Source: a virus
Lineage: Duplodnaviria; Heunggongvirae; Uroviricota; Caudoviricetes
IMG/VR virus record: IMGVR_UViG_2737471993_000002
Strand: one strand, 5' to 3'
DNA length: 64,000 bases
Position 1 is the stretch's first letter. Each line of letters begins with the position of its first letter. Under the pieces are notes generated by a model that worked only from the letters and a program-made list of their open reading frames with translations, made no database searches and was not told the origin of the DNA. This document shows, one piece after another, positions 1 to 10,413 of this stretch. The translations under genes and the position numbers were made by a program.

Positions 1-1
1 C

Positions 2-3000
2 TTTGATTTCGTTGAAACGCCTAAATCCGTCAATATCCAGTTAAAAAAAACACATTATGTAACGGTTTCAATCGATAACGATGAAGCTGATCGGGTTCGT
101 GTCATCATGAAGTTTCCTTCTTTGCGAAGCATAGATAAAAAAACTGGTGACACGAACGGTACAACCGTTGAGTACAAGTTCCAGATAGCAAATGGCGACT
201 CAACATTTGTAGATGTGGTCGCGGAAGGTGAAAAAAGCGTTGGCATTAAGCTAACAGCAAAGAAGACCGGCGTTTATTACCGTAGCTACGAGCTGAAGCT
301 GCCTAAGCCTGGACGCGCATACAAGGTTCGTGTAGTCCGTATTACCGATGATAACAGTAGCCAGTATCTCTATAACGATACATGGGTGGATTCAATCGGG
401 GAAATTGTCGATACACCGATGAACTATCCAAACTCTGTTTTGGTTGGATTGAAGGTAAACTCTGAGCAATTCGGCAGCACCATGCCATCTCGCTCTTATC
501 TGGTGCGTGGCCTAAAAATTCGAGTACCTTCAAACTATAACGAGTCCAGTAACACTTACGCTGGGGTATGGGATGGCACTTTTAAGCTGTTGTCTTCTTC
601 GAACCCCGCGTGGATTCTCTTTGATTTGCTGACCAATGCTCGATATGGCCTTGGTCAGTATGTGTCGGAATCTATGATTGACCTTGGCCAGTTGTACCAG
701 ATTGGTCGATATTGTGACGAAGAGGTCGATGATGGCTTTGGTGGCAAAGAGAAACGCTTTGCAATCAATACGCAGATCACCAGTCGACAGGACGCATACC
801 GACTAATTCAGGATATTGCTGGAGCATTCCGCGGCATGGTGTTTTGGGCTGGTGGGATGGTTAACATCATGCAGGATAGCCCATCAGATCCGGTAATGAT
901 GTTTACCAACTCTAACGTCAAAGATGGATTGTTTACCTATAAAGGTTCTGCGCGTAAAGATCGCCCATCCGTTGCGCTCGTAACCTACAACAACAAGGAG
1001 GACGGTTATAAGCAAAACATCGAGTACGTTGAAGATCAGGACGCAATGCGCCGTTATGGTGAGCGTAAGACAGAAGTCGTAGCATTTGGCTGTACAAGCC
1101 GAGGGCAGGCTCACCGAGTTGGTTTATGGCTTTTATATACCGCCAGAATGGAGTCGGATGTAATTACATTTACTGCCGGCTTAGACGCGTCATTTCTGAT
1201 GCCTGGTGAAACCGTTCTGATTCAGAACAAATATCGCGCAGGCAAACGTAACTCAGGTCGAATTGTGGCGTTTACCAAAAACAGCGTCACACTCGATGCG
1301 CCTGTGTCGTTAGCCAAAGGCGGCTGCTTTATTCGAATACTGAATCAGGAAGGCAAAATCGTTGAACGCGATGTTCTTGAAACTGGCGAAAATATAACAA
1401 AAGTTACGTTTTCAAAAGCCCTGTCTTCGGCTGAAACGCCTGTTTTGAACGGCGTCTGGACTATTACAGAACCAGACCTCGAACCTATGCGCGTTCGCAT
1501 CGTTAACATCGCGCAGGGGGAAACGCCGGGTAGCTTTGACATCACCGCTGTTGAGAACAATCCGTCTAAATATGAGGCGATCGACAATGGTGCAACGCTT
1601 ATCCCGCAAAATACGACGGTATTGGACCCGACTTACTCCAAGCCGTCTAATTTGCAAATCACCGAAGGGACTTATCTCTCAAGCCCTGGCAACCTGTCAG
1701 TAAAACTGACTGCAACATGGGAAGGGAAATCTCCAGAGTATTGGATCAGTTGGCGACGTTCTGATGAAAACAATGTATCGAACTGGCAATCGGCGCGTGT
1801 AACCGAAGAGCAATACGAAATCGTTAATGTTGCGGAGAATGGACGCTACGACTTCCAGCTGTATGCGGTTTCATTCAACGGTAAAAAAACAGAGATTATC
1901 AGTACCGTTTATCAGGTGCTGGGCACAATGACACCGCCAGATGCCCCAACGTCATTAACGGCCGTTGGAGACTATCGTAATGTGATACTGAATTGGGTTA
2001 ATCCAGATTCGGTAGACCTTGATCACATTAATGTTTACGCGTCCCAGACCAATAATCTGGATACGGCGAAACTGATCGCAGAGTCTGCAAGCACCACCTT
2101 TACACATGCTGGTCTTGGGGATAGCGAAACGTGGTATTACTGGGTTCGAGCATCGAACAAGCGAGGTATGTTAAGTCCTCCGAACTCAAACTTGGGTACA
2201 GAGGCGACAACTCGCGATGTACTGTCGTTCCTGACTGGCAAAATTACATCTTCCGAGCTTGGTCAGGCTCTGCTTGAGGACATCAACAGCAAAGCCTCTC
2301 AAGAAGCCGTTGACGAGTTAAATGAGCATATCAACCAGAGCGTCGAATCTTTGGAGGGGGCGGTAAACGACGTTAAGGAAGATATAGCTGAATTAGATAA
2401 GCAGTTCAGCGATAACCTCGCGGATTTTGAAATAAAATTCAACGAGCGTAGCGATGCTTTGGAGAACGCACAAACCGAGCTTAAAGGTGAGGTTTCGGCA
2501 ACGATCGACAAGGTCAATGAAGCGTTTGAAAAAATTGATGCTACTGATGCTGCAATTGTTGAAATCGAAAATACCGTATCTGAACACGATAAAGCTCTCG
2601 CTAATACAGTCGAGGCAATAAAGGCTGCAAGAGATGAAGCGGCGGCTCTTATTGCTAAGGAAAGCGAGGCTCGTGTTGAAGGCGATGCTGCAAACGCTAA
2701 ACAACTGGAAGTGTTGCAGTCAACGGTAGAGGAAAGCTCCGCTGCCGTTGAAGAAATGAAAAAGACGGTTGCAGAGGTCGATCGTGCAAGTGCAGAACTG
2801 ACTACGAACATTGAGGCGTTAGCCAAAACAAATATTGACCTGGCTCTTCGTCAAGATGAAGACCAGCACAAGCAGATGGTCAATAACGCGAAGATCGCAA
2901 CAACACAGAAAACCTTTGCTGATGATATGTCTGCAATGGCTACGAAGGTTGAAGAAATTCGCGTAGAAATTGGCGAAGACATTAAGGCCAGTATTCTGGA

Positions 3001-4435
3001 AGAGTCCACCGCGCGTGCCGATGGCGATGAAGCGTTAGCAAAGCGTGTCACTCAGCTGCAATCTAAGTTTGAAGGAGATATCAGCGCGGCGATTAGTACA
3101 GAACAGGAGGCTCGTACATCTGCCGATGAAGCTTTGACGAAACAAATAACTCAGCTTGAGTCGAAAGTAAGCAACGATATTGTCGCAGCCATTAAGGAAG
3201 AGCAAGAAGCCCGAGCAACGGAAGATTCGGCTCTGGCAAGCCAGATCACCCAACTTCAGGCAAAAGTTGATGATGATATTTCTGCTGCAATACGCAGTGA
3301 GCAGGAGGCTCGTGCGAGCGGAGACTCTGCGTTAGCTAAACAAATAAACCAGCTTCAAGCAAAGGTTGACGGTGATATATCCGCCGCCATCACTCAGGAG
3401 CAGGAGGCCAGAGCAAGTGCTGACGAGGCGCTCTCACGAGAAATTAACAGCCTGCGGGCGCAGACCGGAACTGACATTGCCGCAGCCGTTGCTGTAGAGA
3501 CAAAGGCAAGGACTGATGCCGATAGTGCATTGTCTACCCAGATTACGTCTCTTACAGCAAAAGCTAATGATCTCGAGGCGTCTCTTGCCAGAGAAACAAC
3601 GGCTCGTGCTGATGGTGATACCGCTTTAACAAAAGAGGTTTCAAGTTTAAAAGCACAGACAGCGAAAGATATTAGTGCGGCCGTTGCAGTTGAAACGCAG
3701 GCTCGAACTGATGCTGACTCGGCGTTGTCGTCTCAGATCACCAAGCTGACCTCTCAATACAAAGAGGATATTAAAGCGGCTGTAGCAACCGAAACGAAAA
3801 CGCGTACAGAGCAAGATGCTGCATTGGCGACTCAAATCACAAACTTAGAGTCTCAAACGGCAGCCAACATTTCCGCGGCGGTAACAACTGAAACGACAGC
3901 GAGAACGCAGGCAGATAATGCTCTGAGTGGGCGAATCGATACTCTGAAAGCAGAGGTGGATGGAAATACCGCGACAATTCAACAGCAGGCAACAGCTATT
4001 GCTGATACCAACAAAAAAGTGTCAACCGCGTGGACGTTGAAAATGGAAACTTCAACGAGCGGAGGGCAGAAGTATGTTGCTGGTATTGCGCTTGGTATCG
4101 ACACCACTGGCCTTTCTCAGTTTTTGGTGCAGGCTGACAGGTTTGGTTTGGTCAACTCTGTTAACGGGAAGATCACCACGCCATTTGTTATCGAAAACAG
4201 TATCGCCTATATGAATGGTGCGTATATCAAGGATGGCACAATCACCAATGCAAAAGTAGGCGATCTGCAATCTACCAATTTTGTTAGCGGTAGATCTGGA
4301 TGGCGGTTCGGCAAAAATGGAACGCTTGAGATCAACGGTAATAGCGGGGGTAATGGGCGACTGGTCATAAATGGTCAGCGGATTGACGTTTATGACGATA
4401 ACAACGTCCTACGAGTAAGAATTGGCCTTCTGTAA
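2..4435 (+). CDS. Host-specificity / central tail tip protein (lambda gpJ-like), 5'-partial at window edge
   Basis: Reading frame is open from nt 2 with no upstream stop (first Met at 107), so the gene starts outside the window. N-terminal region resembles J-type tail tip proteins; central part carries ~30-aa tandem coiled-coil repeats (..ISAAI..EQEAR..AD.AL..QITQL..) over nt ~3060-3960. Confidence 0.75.
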   Translation, partial: FDFVETPKSVNIQLKKTHYVTVSIDNDEADRVRVIMKFPSLRSIDKKTGDTNGTTVEYKFQIANGDSTFVDVVAEGEKSVGIKLTAKKTGVYYRSYELKLPKPGRAYKVRVVRITDDNSSQYLYNDTWVDSIGEIVDTPMNYPNSVLVGLKVNSEQFGSTMPSRSYLVRGLKIRVPSNYNESSNTYAGVWDGTFKLLSSSNPAWILFDLLTNARYGLGQYVSESMIDLGQLYQIGRYCDEEVDDGFGGKEKRFAINTQITSRQDAYRLIQDIAGAFRGMVFWAGGMVNIMQDSPSDPVMMFTNSNVKDGLFTYKGSARKDRPSVALVTYNNKEDGYKQNIEYVEDQDAMRRYGERKTEVVAFGCTSRGQAHRVGLWLLYTARMESDVITFTAGLDASFLMPGETVLIQNKYRAGKRNSGRIVAFTKNSVTLDAPVSLAKGGCFIRILNQEGKIVERDVLETGENITKVTFSKALSSAETPVLNGVWTITEPDLEPMRVRIVNIAQGETPGSFDITAVENNPSKYEAIDNGATLIPQNTTVLDPTYSKPSNLQITEGTYLSSPGNLSVKLTATWEGKSPEYWISWRRSDENNVSNWQSARVTEEQYEIVNVAENGRYDFQLYAVSFNGKKTEIISTVYQVLGTMTPPDAPTSLTAVGDYRNVILNWVNPDSVDLDHINVYASQTNNLDTAKLIAESASTTFTHAGLGDSETWYYWVRASNKRGMLSPPNSNLGTEATTRDVLSFLTGKITSSELGQALLEDINSKASQEAVDELNEHINQSVESLEGAVNDVKEDIAELDKQFSDNLADFEIKFNERSDALENAQTELKGEVSATIDKVNEAFEKIDATDAAIVEIENTVSEHDKALANTVEAIKAARDEAAALIAKESEARVEGDAANAKQLEVLQSTVEESSAAVEEMKKTVAEVDRASAELTTNIEALAKTNIDLALRQDEDQHKQMVNNAKIATTQKTFADDMSAMATKVEEIRVEIGEDIKASILEESTARADGDEALAKRVTQLQSKFEGDISAAISTEQEARTSADEALTKQITQLESKVSNDIVAAIKEEQEARATEDSALASQITQLQAKVDDDISAAIRSEQEARASGDSALAKQINQLQAKVDGDISAAITQEQEARASADEALSREINSLRAQTGTDIAAAVAVETKARTDADSALSTQITSLTAKANDLEASLARETTARADGDTALTKEVSSLKAQTAKDISAAVAVETQARTDADSALSSQITKLTSQYKEDIKAAVATETKTRTEQDAALATQITNLESQTAANISAAVTTETTARTQADNALSGRIDTLKAEVDGNTATIQQQATAIADTNKKVSTAWTLKMETSTSGGQKYVAGIALGIDTTGLSQFLVQADRFGLVNSVNGKITTPFVIENSIAYMNGAYIKDGTITNAKVGDLQSTNFVSGRSGWRFGKNGTLEINGNSGGNGRLVINGQRIDVYDDNNVLRVRIGLL

Positions 4436-4527
4436 TGTAGAAAAAAATATTTATATCGGTAAAAATAAGTAGGTACATACTTAATGGTGGGCAAGGATAG
4501 CCCACCAAATCAAGGAGCATATTCAAC

Positions 4528-7500
4528 ATGTGGTACAGGGAAGGTACTATCACATTTACACAGGGCAGCAATACTCTGGTTGGGGCAGGGACAGCCTGGA
4601 ACGTAACAGCTAATGGTGTGTTGCCGGGGATGATCGTCATTGGCCCCGACAATAAGCTGTATGAGATCAAGCGCGTAACCAGTGATACGAACATTGTTCT
4701 CTCAGAACCTTATACCGGCGAAACTCAGTCTGAAGTTCCGTGCCGAATCATTACGACCTATGAAGGCGACTTAACACAGTTTAGCGCGCGCTTTACAGCA
4801 CTAATGTCGCGTATGTCGGCTGATTCCAAGTCCATGCGCAGTTGGTTGACTGCTCTGGATGAGGTGACAATCGAGCGTGAAGACGGTACAGAAGTGACCG
4901 TTAAGCCGCTAATGCAGATCGTCAACGAGCACAACGAAAACGTTGAGTGGTATAAAAATAACACTGACGCGATTGATGCTGCTGGCGACAAAGCTCGTGA
5001 GGCGGCGGCCAGTGCTGCCGCAGCAGCAGAAAGCGCCAATACCGCTGGAGAAAAAGCCTCTCAAGCGTCTCAAAGTGCATCCGCTGCAGAGTCCTCAAAA
5101 AGCGCGGCGGCCACCAGTGCCGGTGCCGCGAAAACGTCTGAAACGAATGCTGCAGCGTCACAAAAATCTGCAGCCACTTCTGCATCCACCGCGACCACGA
5201 AGGCGTCAGAAGCTGCCACCTCAGCCCGGGATGCGGCGGCCTCAAAAGAGGCAGCGAAATCATCAGAAACGAGCGCAGCCTCGAGCGCCAGTAATGCCGC
5301 TTCCTCGGCAACGGCGGCAGGAAATTCCGCGAAGGCGGCAAAAACGTCCGAGACGAACGCCAGGTCTTCTGAAACGGCAGCGGGACAGAGCGCCTCGGCT
5401 GCGGCAGGCTCAAAAACAGCGGCTGCGTCGTCTGCCAGTGCCGCGTCAACAAGTGCCGGGCAGGCCTCAGCCAGTGCCACCGCCGCCGGAAAATCGGCAG
5501 AAAGTGCCGCATCGTCTGCTTCAACAGCCACAACGAAGGCTGGCGAAGCCACTGAACAGGCCAGCGCAGCAGCGAGGTCTGCTTCCGCAGCGAAGACATC
5601 CGAAACGAACGCGAAAGCGTCGGAAACCCGTGCAGAATCCTCAAAAACGGCAGCCGCATCGTCCGCCAGTTCGGCAGCGTCATCGGCATCATCTGCGTCT
5701 GCTTCAAAAGATGAGGCGACCAGACAGGCGTCAGCAGCGAAGGGCAGCGCCACGACGGCATCCACGAAAGCAACAGAGGCGGCAGGCAGTGCGACGGCAG
5801 CATCTCAGAGCAAAACTGCTGCTGAATCCGCTGCGACCCGTGCGGAAGCTGCTGCTGATCGTGCTGAAGAGATTGCCGGTGCAGTTGCGATGGAAGACGC
5901 AAGCCTTACAACTAAAGGTGTTGTGAAACTTAGCAGTGCTGTCGACAGCACCAGTGAATCGCTGGCCGCAACGCCAAAAGCAGTTAAAGTAGTCAATGAC
6001 AATGCGAACAGCAGGGTGCCATCTAACCGAAAAATTAACGGGAAAGCACTGACTGCGGATATCACATTAACGCCGAAAGATATTGGTACTTTAAATTCAA
6101 TAACGATGTCTTTCTCTGGCGGGGCCGGGTGGTTCAAACTGGCTACTGTTACAATGCCACAAGCGAGTTCCATCGTTTACATCGCATTGATTGGTGGCGC
6201 TGGTTACAACGTCGGCTCCCCACATCAGGCAGGCATTTCAGAACTGGTTCTACGAGCAGGCAATGGAAACCCCAAAGGGATTACAGGTGCTTTGTGGAAG
6301 CGTACAGCTGTCGGATTAACGAATTTCGCCTGGATCAACACATCCGGCGATACATATGATATTTACGTTGAGATTGGCAATTATGCGACTCGTGTAAATA
6401 TCCATTGGGATTGTACTGCAAATGCGACAGTTTCTATTTATACATCGCCAACATATTCAGCGAGTAAGCCTTCCAGCGTTACCGATGGTGTTGTTTATAC
6501 GATGTATAGCACACATCAGAAACCGACGCCGTTAGATATTGGAGCACTGCCAACAACCGGAGGAACAGTTTCAGGTCAGTTGTCTGTTACTGGTGGGATC
6601 ACCGGAACATTAAATGGTAATGCAAGTACAGCAACGAAATTGCAGACGGCAAGATCTATCGGTGGAGTTGGTTTCGACGGTTCTGCAAATATCAACCTTC
6701 CAGGTGTAAATACTACGGGTAATCAGAACACCACTGGTAATGCTGCAACTGCTACAAAACTTCAGACGGCAAGAACTATCGGCGGCGTGAGCTTTGATGG
6801 TACTGCGAATATTAATTTGCCAGGTGTTAATACGGCTGGTAATCAGAATACAACGGGCAACGCGGCTACTGCTACGAAGTTGCAGACTGCGCGTACTATC
6901 AATGGGGTGTCGTTTGACGGCTCGGCAAATATTTCCTTGTCGCCAGCAAATATAGGTTGCCCGGCATCTCCTACTGGTTGGTTAACTACAGGAAGTAATG
7001 GCGGAGCAATAACAACAGCACAGTTAGTGACGTTATTGCAAAATAATGGAGCATTTAACACAAAGTCATGGATTGCTCGATGTGCGTGGGCCTATGCCAA
7101 TAGTGCAACCATACCAAATAGTGAAACTGGTTGTGGCGTTATTCCATTGGCAGGAGCTGTTATAGAGGTATTTAATAACGGTAGTAGCTCAAACAATTAT
7201 ACGATCCGTATAACAACGGCCACAACGACGAGTGTCTCTGGTGCTCTCACTAATGCGGAGTTTATCTATGTATTTAATGGCACATATTATTCTCCGGGAT
7301 GGCGAAGAGTATATAACACGAAAAACAAACCAACAGCCTCTGATGTCGGTGCATTACCTCTTACCGGTGGTACATTATCTGGAGGTTTGACATCTTCTGG
7401 CGAGATCATTTCAAAATATGCAAATGGTTTCCGCATTGCTTACGGTAGCTTTGGGTTCTTTATCCGTAATGATGGATCGAACACATATTTCATGCTAACA

Positions 7501-8556
7501 GCATCAGGAGACACATTAGGTTCATGGAACGGTTTGCGACCAATTACAATTAATAATACCAGCGGTGCTGTATCAATTGGTAATGGACTAAATGTGACTG
7601 GTGGCGTAAATGGTAGTTTGAACGGTAATGCTTCAACAGCTACGAAGTTGCAAACAGCGAGAAACATCAATGGTGTTAAGTTTGATGGCTCAGGCGATAT
7701 CAACATTAATACATTGGTATCTCGTGGCCGAGTTACGGCGTTAAGCGGCTCTACTCAAGGCACTGCTGGCATTCAAATGTACGAGGCGTACAACAATAGC
7801 TACCCGACCACGTATGGCAACGTATTGCACATGAAAGGTGCGAGTGCTGCTGGTGAGGGCGAGTTGCTTATTGGCTGGAGTGGTACGAGCGGTGCACATG
7901 CGCCAGTTTTCATTCGCTCACGAAGAGATACCACAGATGCGGCATGGTCAGCGTGGGCGCAGGTATATACTGCTAAGGATTCAATCCCTGGTGTGAATAC
8001 AACCGGTAATCAGAATACTACTGGTAATGCCGCAACAGCCACAAAATTGCAGACAGCAAGGAAAATTGCTGGTGTGGCGTTTGATGGCTCTGCCGATATT
8101 ACTTTGACTGCGGCTAACCTTAATGCCTATACGAAAACAGAGGTAACAAACCTTCTAAGTTCCTATGTGAAGAGCAGTGCTCTTCCAAGTATGACTGTGC
8201 GAACTTCCTCTGTTTCAGGTGGGGATATGGGCATGAGTTTGTCCACATTCATTAGCCACCTAAAATCAAATGGGGCGTTTAGCAAAAGTTATTGGATTGG
8301 CTTTGGCGATGCTATGGGATTCAATGCTGGCAGTATCAACAATATAACGGGATTTGGTGCTGTAGAATTAGCAGAATCTATAATCGAAGTTTTTAATCTA
8401 CCTAACGGTGATTATACAATTCGTTTAACAACGTCACATAAAGCTGACTACGGTGGAGTTACAAACGCAATCCTCGTTTATCACTACCGTAGTAATAGAA
8501 GTCCGTCAGGTCAATGGCTGAAATTTGCAGGTACTGTTGGGGCAACAAGTAACTGA
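4528..8556 (+). CDS. Side tail fibre protein (Stf-like) with Ala/Ser-rich region and C-terminal fibre repeats
   Basis: ATG at 4528 preceded by AAGGAG. Long Ala/Ser/Thr low-complexity segment with KTSETNA-type motifs typical of lambdoid side tail fibres; five copies of GNASTATKLQTAR.I.GV.FDG.ANI..PGVNTTGNQNTTGNAATATKLQTAR. Confidence 0.7.
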   Translation: MWYREGTITFTQGSNTLVGAGTAWNVTANGVLPGMIVIGPDNKLYEIKRVTSDTNIVLSEPYTGETQSEVPCRIITTYEGDLTQFSARFTALMSRMSADSKSMRSWLTALDEVTIEREDGTEVTVKPLMQIVNEHNENVEWYKNNTDAIDAAGDKAREAAASAAAAAESANTAGEKASQASQSASAAESSKSAAATSAGAAKTSETNAAASQKSAATSASTATTKASEAATSARDAAASKEAAKSSETSAASSASNAASSATAAGNSAKAAKTSETNARSSETAAGQSASAAAGSKTAAASSASAASTSAGQASASATAAGKSAESAASSASTATTKAGEATEQASAAARSASAAKTSETNAKASETRAESSKTAAASSASSAASSASSASASKDEATRQASAAKGSATTASTKATEAAGSATAASQSKTAAESAATRAEAAADRAEEIAGAVAMEDASLTTKGVVKLSSAVDSTSESLAATPKAVKVVNDNANSRVPSNRKINGKALTADITLTPKDIGTLNSITMSFSGGAGWFKLATVTMPQASSIVYIALIGGAGYNVGSPHQAGISELVLRAGNGNPKGITGALWKRTAVGLTNFAWINTSGDTYDIYVEIGNYATRVNIHWDCTANATVSIYTSPTYSASKPSSVTDGVVYTMYSTHQKPTPLDIGALPTTGGTVSGQLSVTGGITGTLNGNASTATKLQTARSIGGVGFDGSANINLPGVNTTGNQNTTGNAATATKLQTARTIGGVSFDGTANINLPGVNTAGNQNTTGNAATATKLQTARTINGVSFDGSANISLSPANIGCPASPTGWLTTGSNGGAITTAQLVTLLQNNGAFNTKSWIARCAWAYANSATIPNSETGCGVIPLAGAVIEVFNNGSSSNNYTIRITTATTTSVSGALTNAEFIYVFNGTYYSPGWRRVYNTKNKPTASDVGALPLTGGTLSGGLTSSGEIISKYANGFRIAYGSFGFFIRNDGSNTYFMLTASGDTLGSWNGLRPITINNTSGAVSIGNGLNVTGGVNGSLNGNASTATKLQTARNINGVKFDGSGDININTLVSRGRVTALSGSTQGTAGIQMYEAYNNSYPTTYGNVLHMKGASAAGEGELLIGWSGTSGAHAPVFIRSRRDTTDAAWSAWAQVYTAKDSIPGVNTTGNQNTTGNAATATKLQTARKIAGVAFDGSADITLTAANLNAYTKTEVTNLLSSYVKSSALPSMTVRTSSVSGGDMGMSLSTFISHLKSNGAFSKSYWIGFGDAMGFNAGSINNITGFGAVELAESIIEVFNLPNGDYTIRLTTSHKADYGGVTNAILVYHYRSNRSPSGQWLKFAGTVGATSN

Positions 8557-8758
8557 TTTAGACATTATTTATATGGCTGTGAGGTTTAAAATGCGATCTC
8601 ACAGCCGCAATCATAGGGATATATTAGTGAGTTACTAGATACGAATTTGAACAGCCGTTAAACGGTATATGCATAGGTAGGTAAGTATATACCTATAATT
8701 GAAAGGAGAAGTGTGATATAAATCCGCCATCCCGATTTGACTTTTCATGGAGGAAAAC

Positions 8759-9082
8759 ATGTCGAACGAGATGGCGGGCGTTACAACAGAGCAAGTTGAG
8801 CGTATTGCCGCGATCGTTGCTCGGGAGGTTGTTGGCAAATTAGGTAAAGAGCTACGTGAAGAAATTGGCCAGGAGGTCAATGATCAGCTGAAAACCTACT
8901 TTGGTGATATGACCCCGGCGCAACATAGTATTCAACACTCCAATCTGGACAAACTCCTTAACCGGTTAGATTCCATCTCAAGTGGGTTCTTTGGCGGCAT
9001 TGTTTCTAAAATAACGTCGTTCATTATTACCGCACTGCTTTTGGGGTTAGCCGCGTATGGCGTAAAAAGTGGACTGCAATAA
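8759..9082 (+). CDS. Small tail-anchored membrane protein (possible holin/antiholin)
   Basis: Internal ATG at 8759 with GGAGGA 4 nt upstream (track start 8747 also possible). Single C-terminal hydrophobic helix ITSFIITALLLGLAAYGV; sits directly upstream of the putative lysis genes. Confidence 0.25.
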   Translation: MSNEMAGVTTEQVERIAAIVAREVVGKLGKELREEIGQEVNDQLKTYFGDMTPAQHSIQHSNLDKLLNRLDSISSGFFGGIVSKITSFIITALLLGLAAYGVKSGLQ

Positions 9083-9095
9083 CAGGAGATCAAGG

Positions 9096-9788
9096 ATGAA
9101 GACTCCGAGAGGCATTCGTAATAATAACCCCGGTAATCTTGATAAAGGATCACCGTGGCAAGGTCTGGTTGCGAATCCAGACGAACCGCGCTTTTGCACG
9201 TTTAAAGACCCTGTTTGGGGGATTCGTGCGCTGGCGGTGACTCTAATTACCTACCACGACAAACGTCGCGCAAAAGACGGCTCAAGTATCGATACCATTC
9301 GTGAAGTTATTGAACGTTGGGCACCGCCGAATGAAAACAACACTGACGCCTACATTAATGAGGTGTCTAAAGCCGTTGGTGTAACCGCAGACATGATCAT
9401 CGATCTGCATGATTACGACATCCTTCGACCTTTGGTTGAGGCAATCATTCGCCACGAGAATGGTCGAGGTCCACTAAAAACGCTGAACACCTGGTATGCG
9501 GCAGAAGTTATTGAGGAAGGTCTGCGTCGAGCTGGCGTCGTTAAGCCGGTGAAAACCGTGAAGGCTGTTCCTGTAACTAAAGAAACCGCTGGCGCAACTG
9601 TTACAGCAGGTATTGGTCTGGCGCAGCTGGCCGATGTTATGCCGCAGGTTTCCGCTGCTATGGATAAAGCACAAGGTCATATCTCTAGCGGGGATACAGT
9701 ACGCATCATCTTCGGTATTGCCACTATTGTTGTGGCTGGATTTATCGCCTGGTCGCAGGTAAGAAGACACCAGAAAGGGATGGTCTAA
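9096..9788 (+). CDS. Putative cell-wall hydrolase / endolysin-like protein (uncertain)
   Basis: ATG at 9096 with AGGAG upstream (track start 9069 is GTG). N-terminal GIRNNNPGNL motif recalled from muramidase-like phage proteins; position between membrane protein and spanin-like genes. C-terminal hydrophobic segment is atypical for an endolysin. Confidence 0.3.
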   Translation: MKTPRGIRNNNPGNLDKGSPWQGLVANPDEPRFCTFKDPVWGIRALAVTLITYHDKRRAKDGSSIDTIREVIERWAPPNENNTDAYINEVSKAVGVTADMIIDLHDYDILRPLVEAIIRHENGRGPLKTLNTWYAAEVIEEGLRRAGVVKPVKTVKAVPVTKETAGATVTAGIGLAQLADVMPQVSAAMDKAQGHISSGDTVRIIFGIATIVVAGFIAWSQVRRHQKGMV

Positions 9789-9789
9789 T

Positions 9790-10041
9790 ATGCTAGGCAG
9801 CCTGATGACAAAGCTAAAAGTTGCTTTGATTACGCTGGCTGCCGTTCTTTTCGTTCTTGTCGGCGCTTACACGATGGGCGGAAATGCGGCGCGACGAGCA
9901 ATGGAAGAGAAGGCAAAACAGGAAGACAGAAAACGACTTCAAAGCACAGTGGATGTCAAAAATGAAACGGTTAATGAAGTGCGGCAAAAAGATGCCTCTG
10001 GTGTTCATCGCGAGCTGCTTGATAAATGGGTGCGTGATTAA
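9790..10041 (+). CDS. i-spanin (Rz-like) candidate
   Basis: N-terminal transmembrane helix (KVALITLAAVLFVLVGAY) followed by charged coiled-coil periplasmic region; start overlaps preceding stop (TAATATG). Confidence 0.35.
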   Translation: MLGSLMTKLKVALITLAAVLFVLVGAYTMGGNAARRAMEEKAKQEDRKRLQSTVDVKNETVNEVRQKDASGVHRELLDKWVRD

Positions 10042-10189
10042 GACGCAGGCTCCAGGCGTGCTATTCTGCGATGCTGCAAATCCTATCTATGTGAGTAGAG
10101 AGGATTTTATGACTGAGGAAACGGAGCGACAGTTGCTTATCCACAATACGATAGGTGAAAGGCTGTGTGAGTGGGGGCACCTGAACTGA
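9953..10189 (+). CDS. o-spanin (Rz1-like) lipoprotein candidate, overlapping the i-spanin in the +1 frame
   Basis: Internal Met of track ORF 9857-10189 gives MSKMKRLMKCGKKMPLVFIAS-C with lipobox-like IASC; starts inside the Rz-like gene in another frame and extends beyond it. Confidence 0.3.
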   Translation: MSKMKRLMKCGKKMPLVFIASCLINGCVIKTQAPGVLFCDAANPIYVSREDFMTEETERQLLIHNTIGERLCEWGHLN

Positions 10190-10413
10190 GGCGATGATTG
10201 ATGAGTGGTCTCAGTTTACCTTTTATCCTAAAGATGGCATCTTCACTCATATACACGCCTGTTCACTCAAGCTCATGTTGAATCATTTAGTAATTTGATG
10301 TAGATTTATTAGGCATCCACGTAAGTGGGCACATACAGGCTACGCATCCTCGTAGCCTTCAACCCCGAGAGGGGTGCCGCAATGACACTTGTGTTAACGG
10401 CTAAGGTGGACAC

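Noticed and set aside
4758-6173. Several long ORFs antisense or out of frame within the tail fibre gene (4758-5039, 4922-5902, 4943-5926, 5070-5765, 5805-6173)
   Set aside because: They lie entirely within the GC-rich Ala/Ser-coding low-complexity part of the tail fibre gene; such repeats generate long stop-free frames by composition. Their products are Ala/Arg/Pro low-complexity strings.
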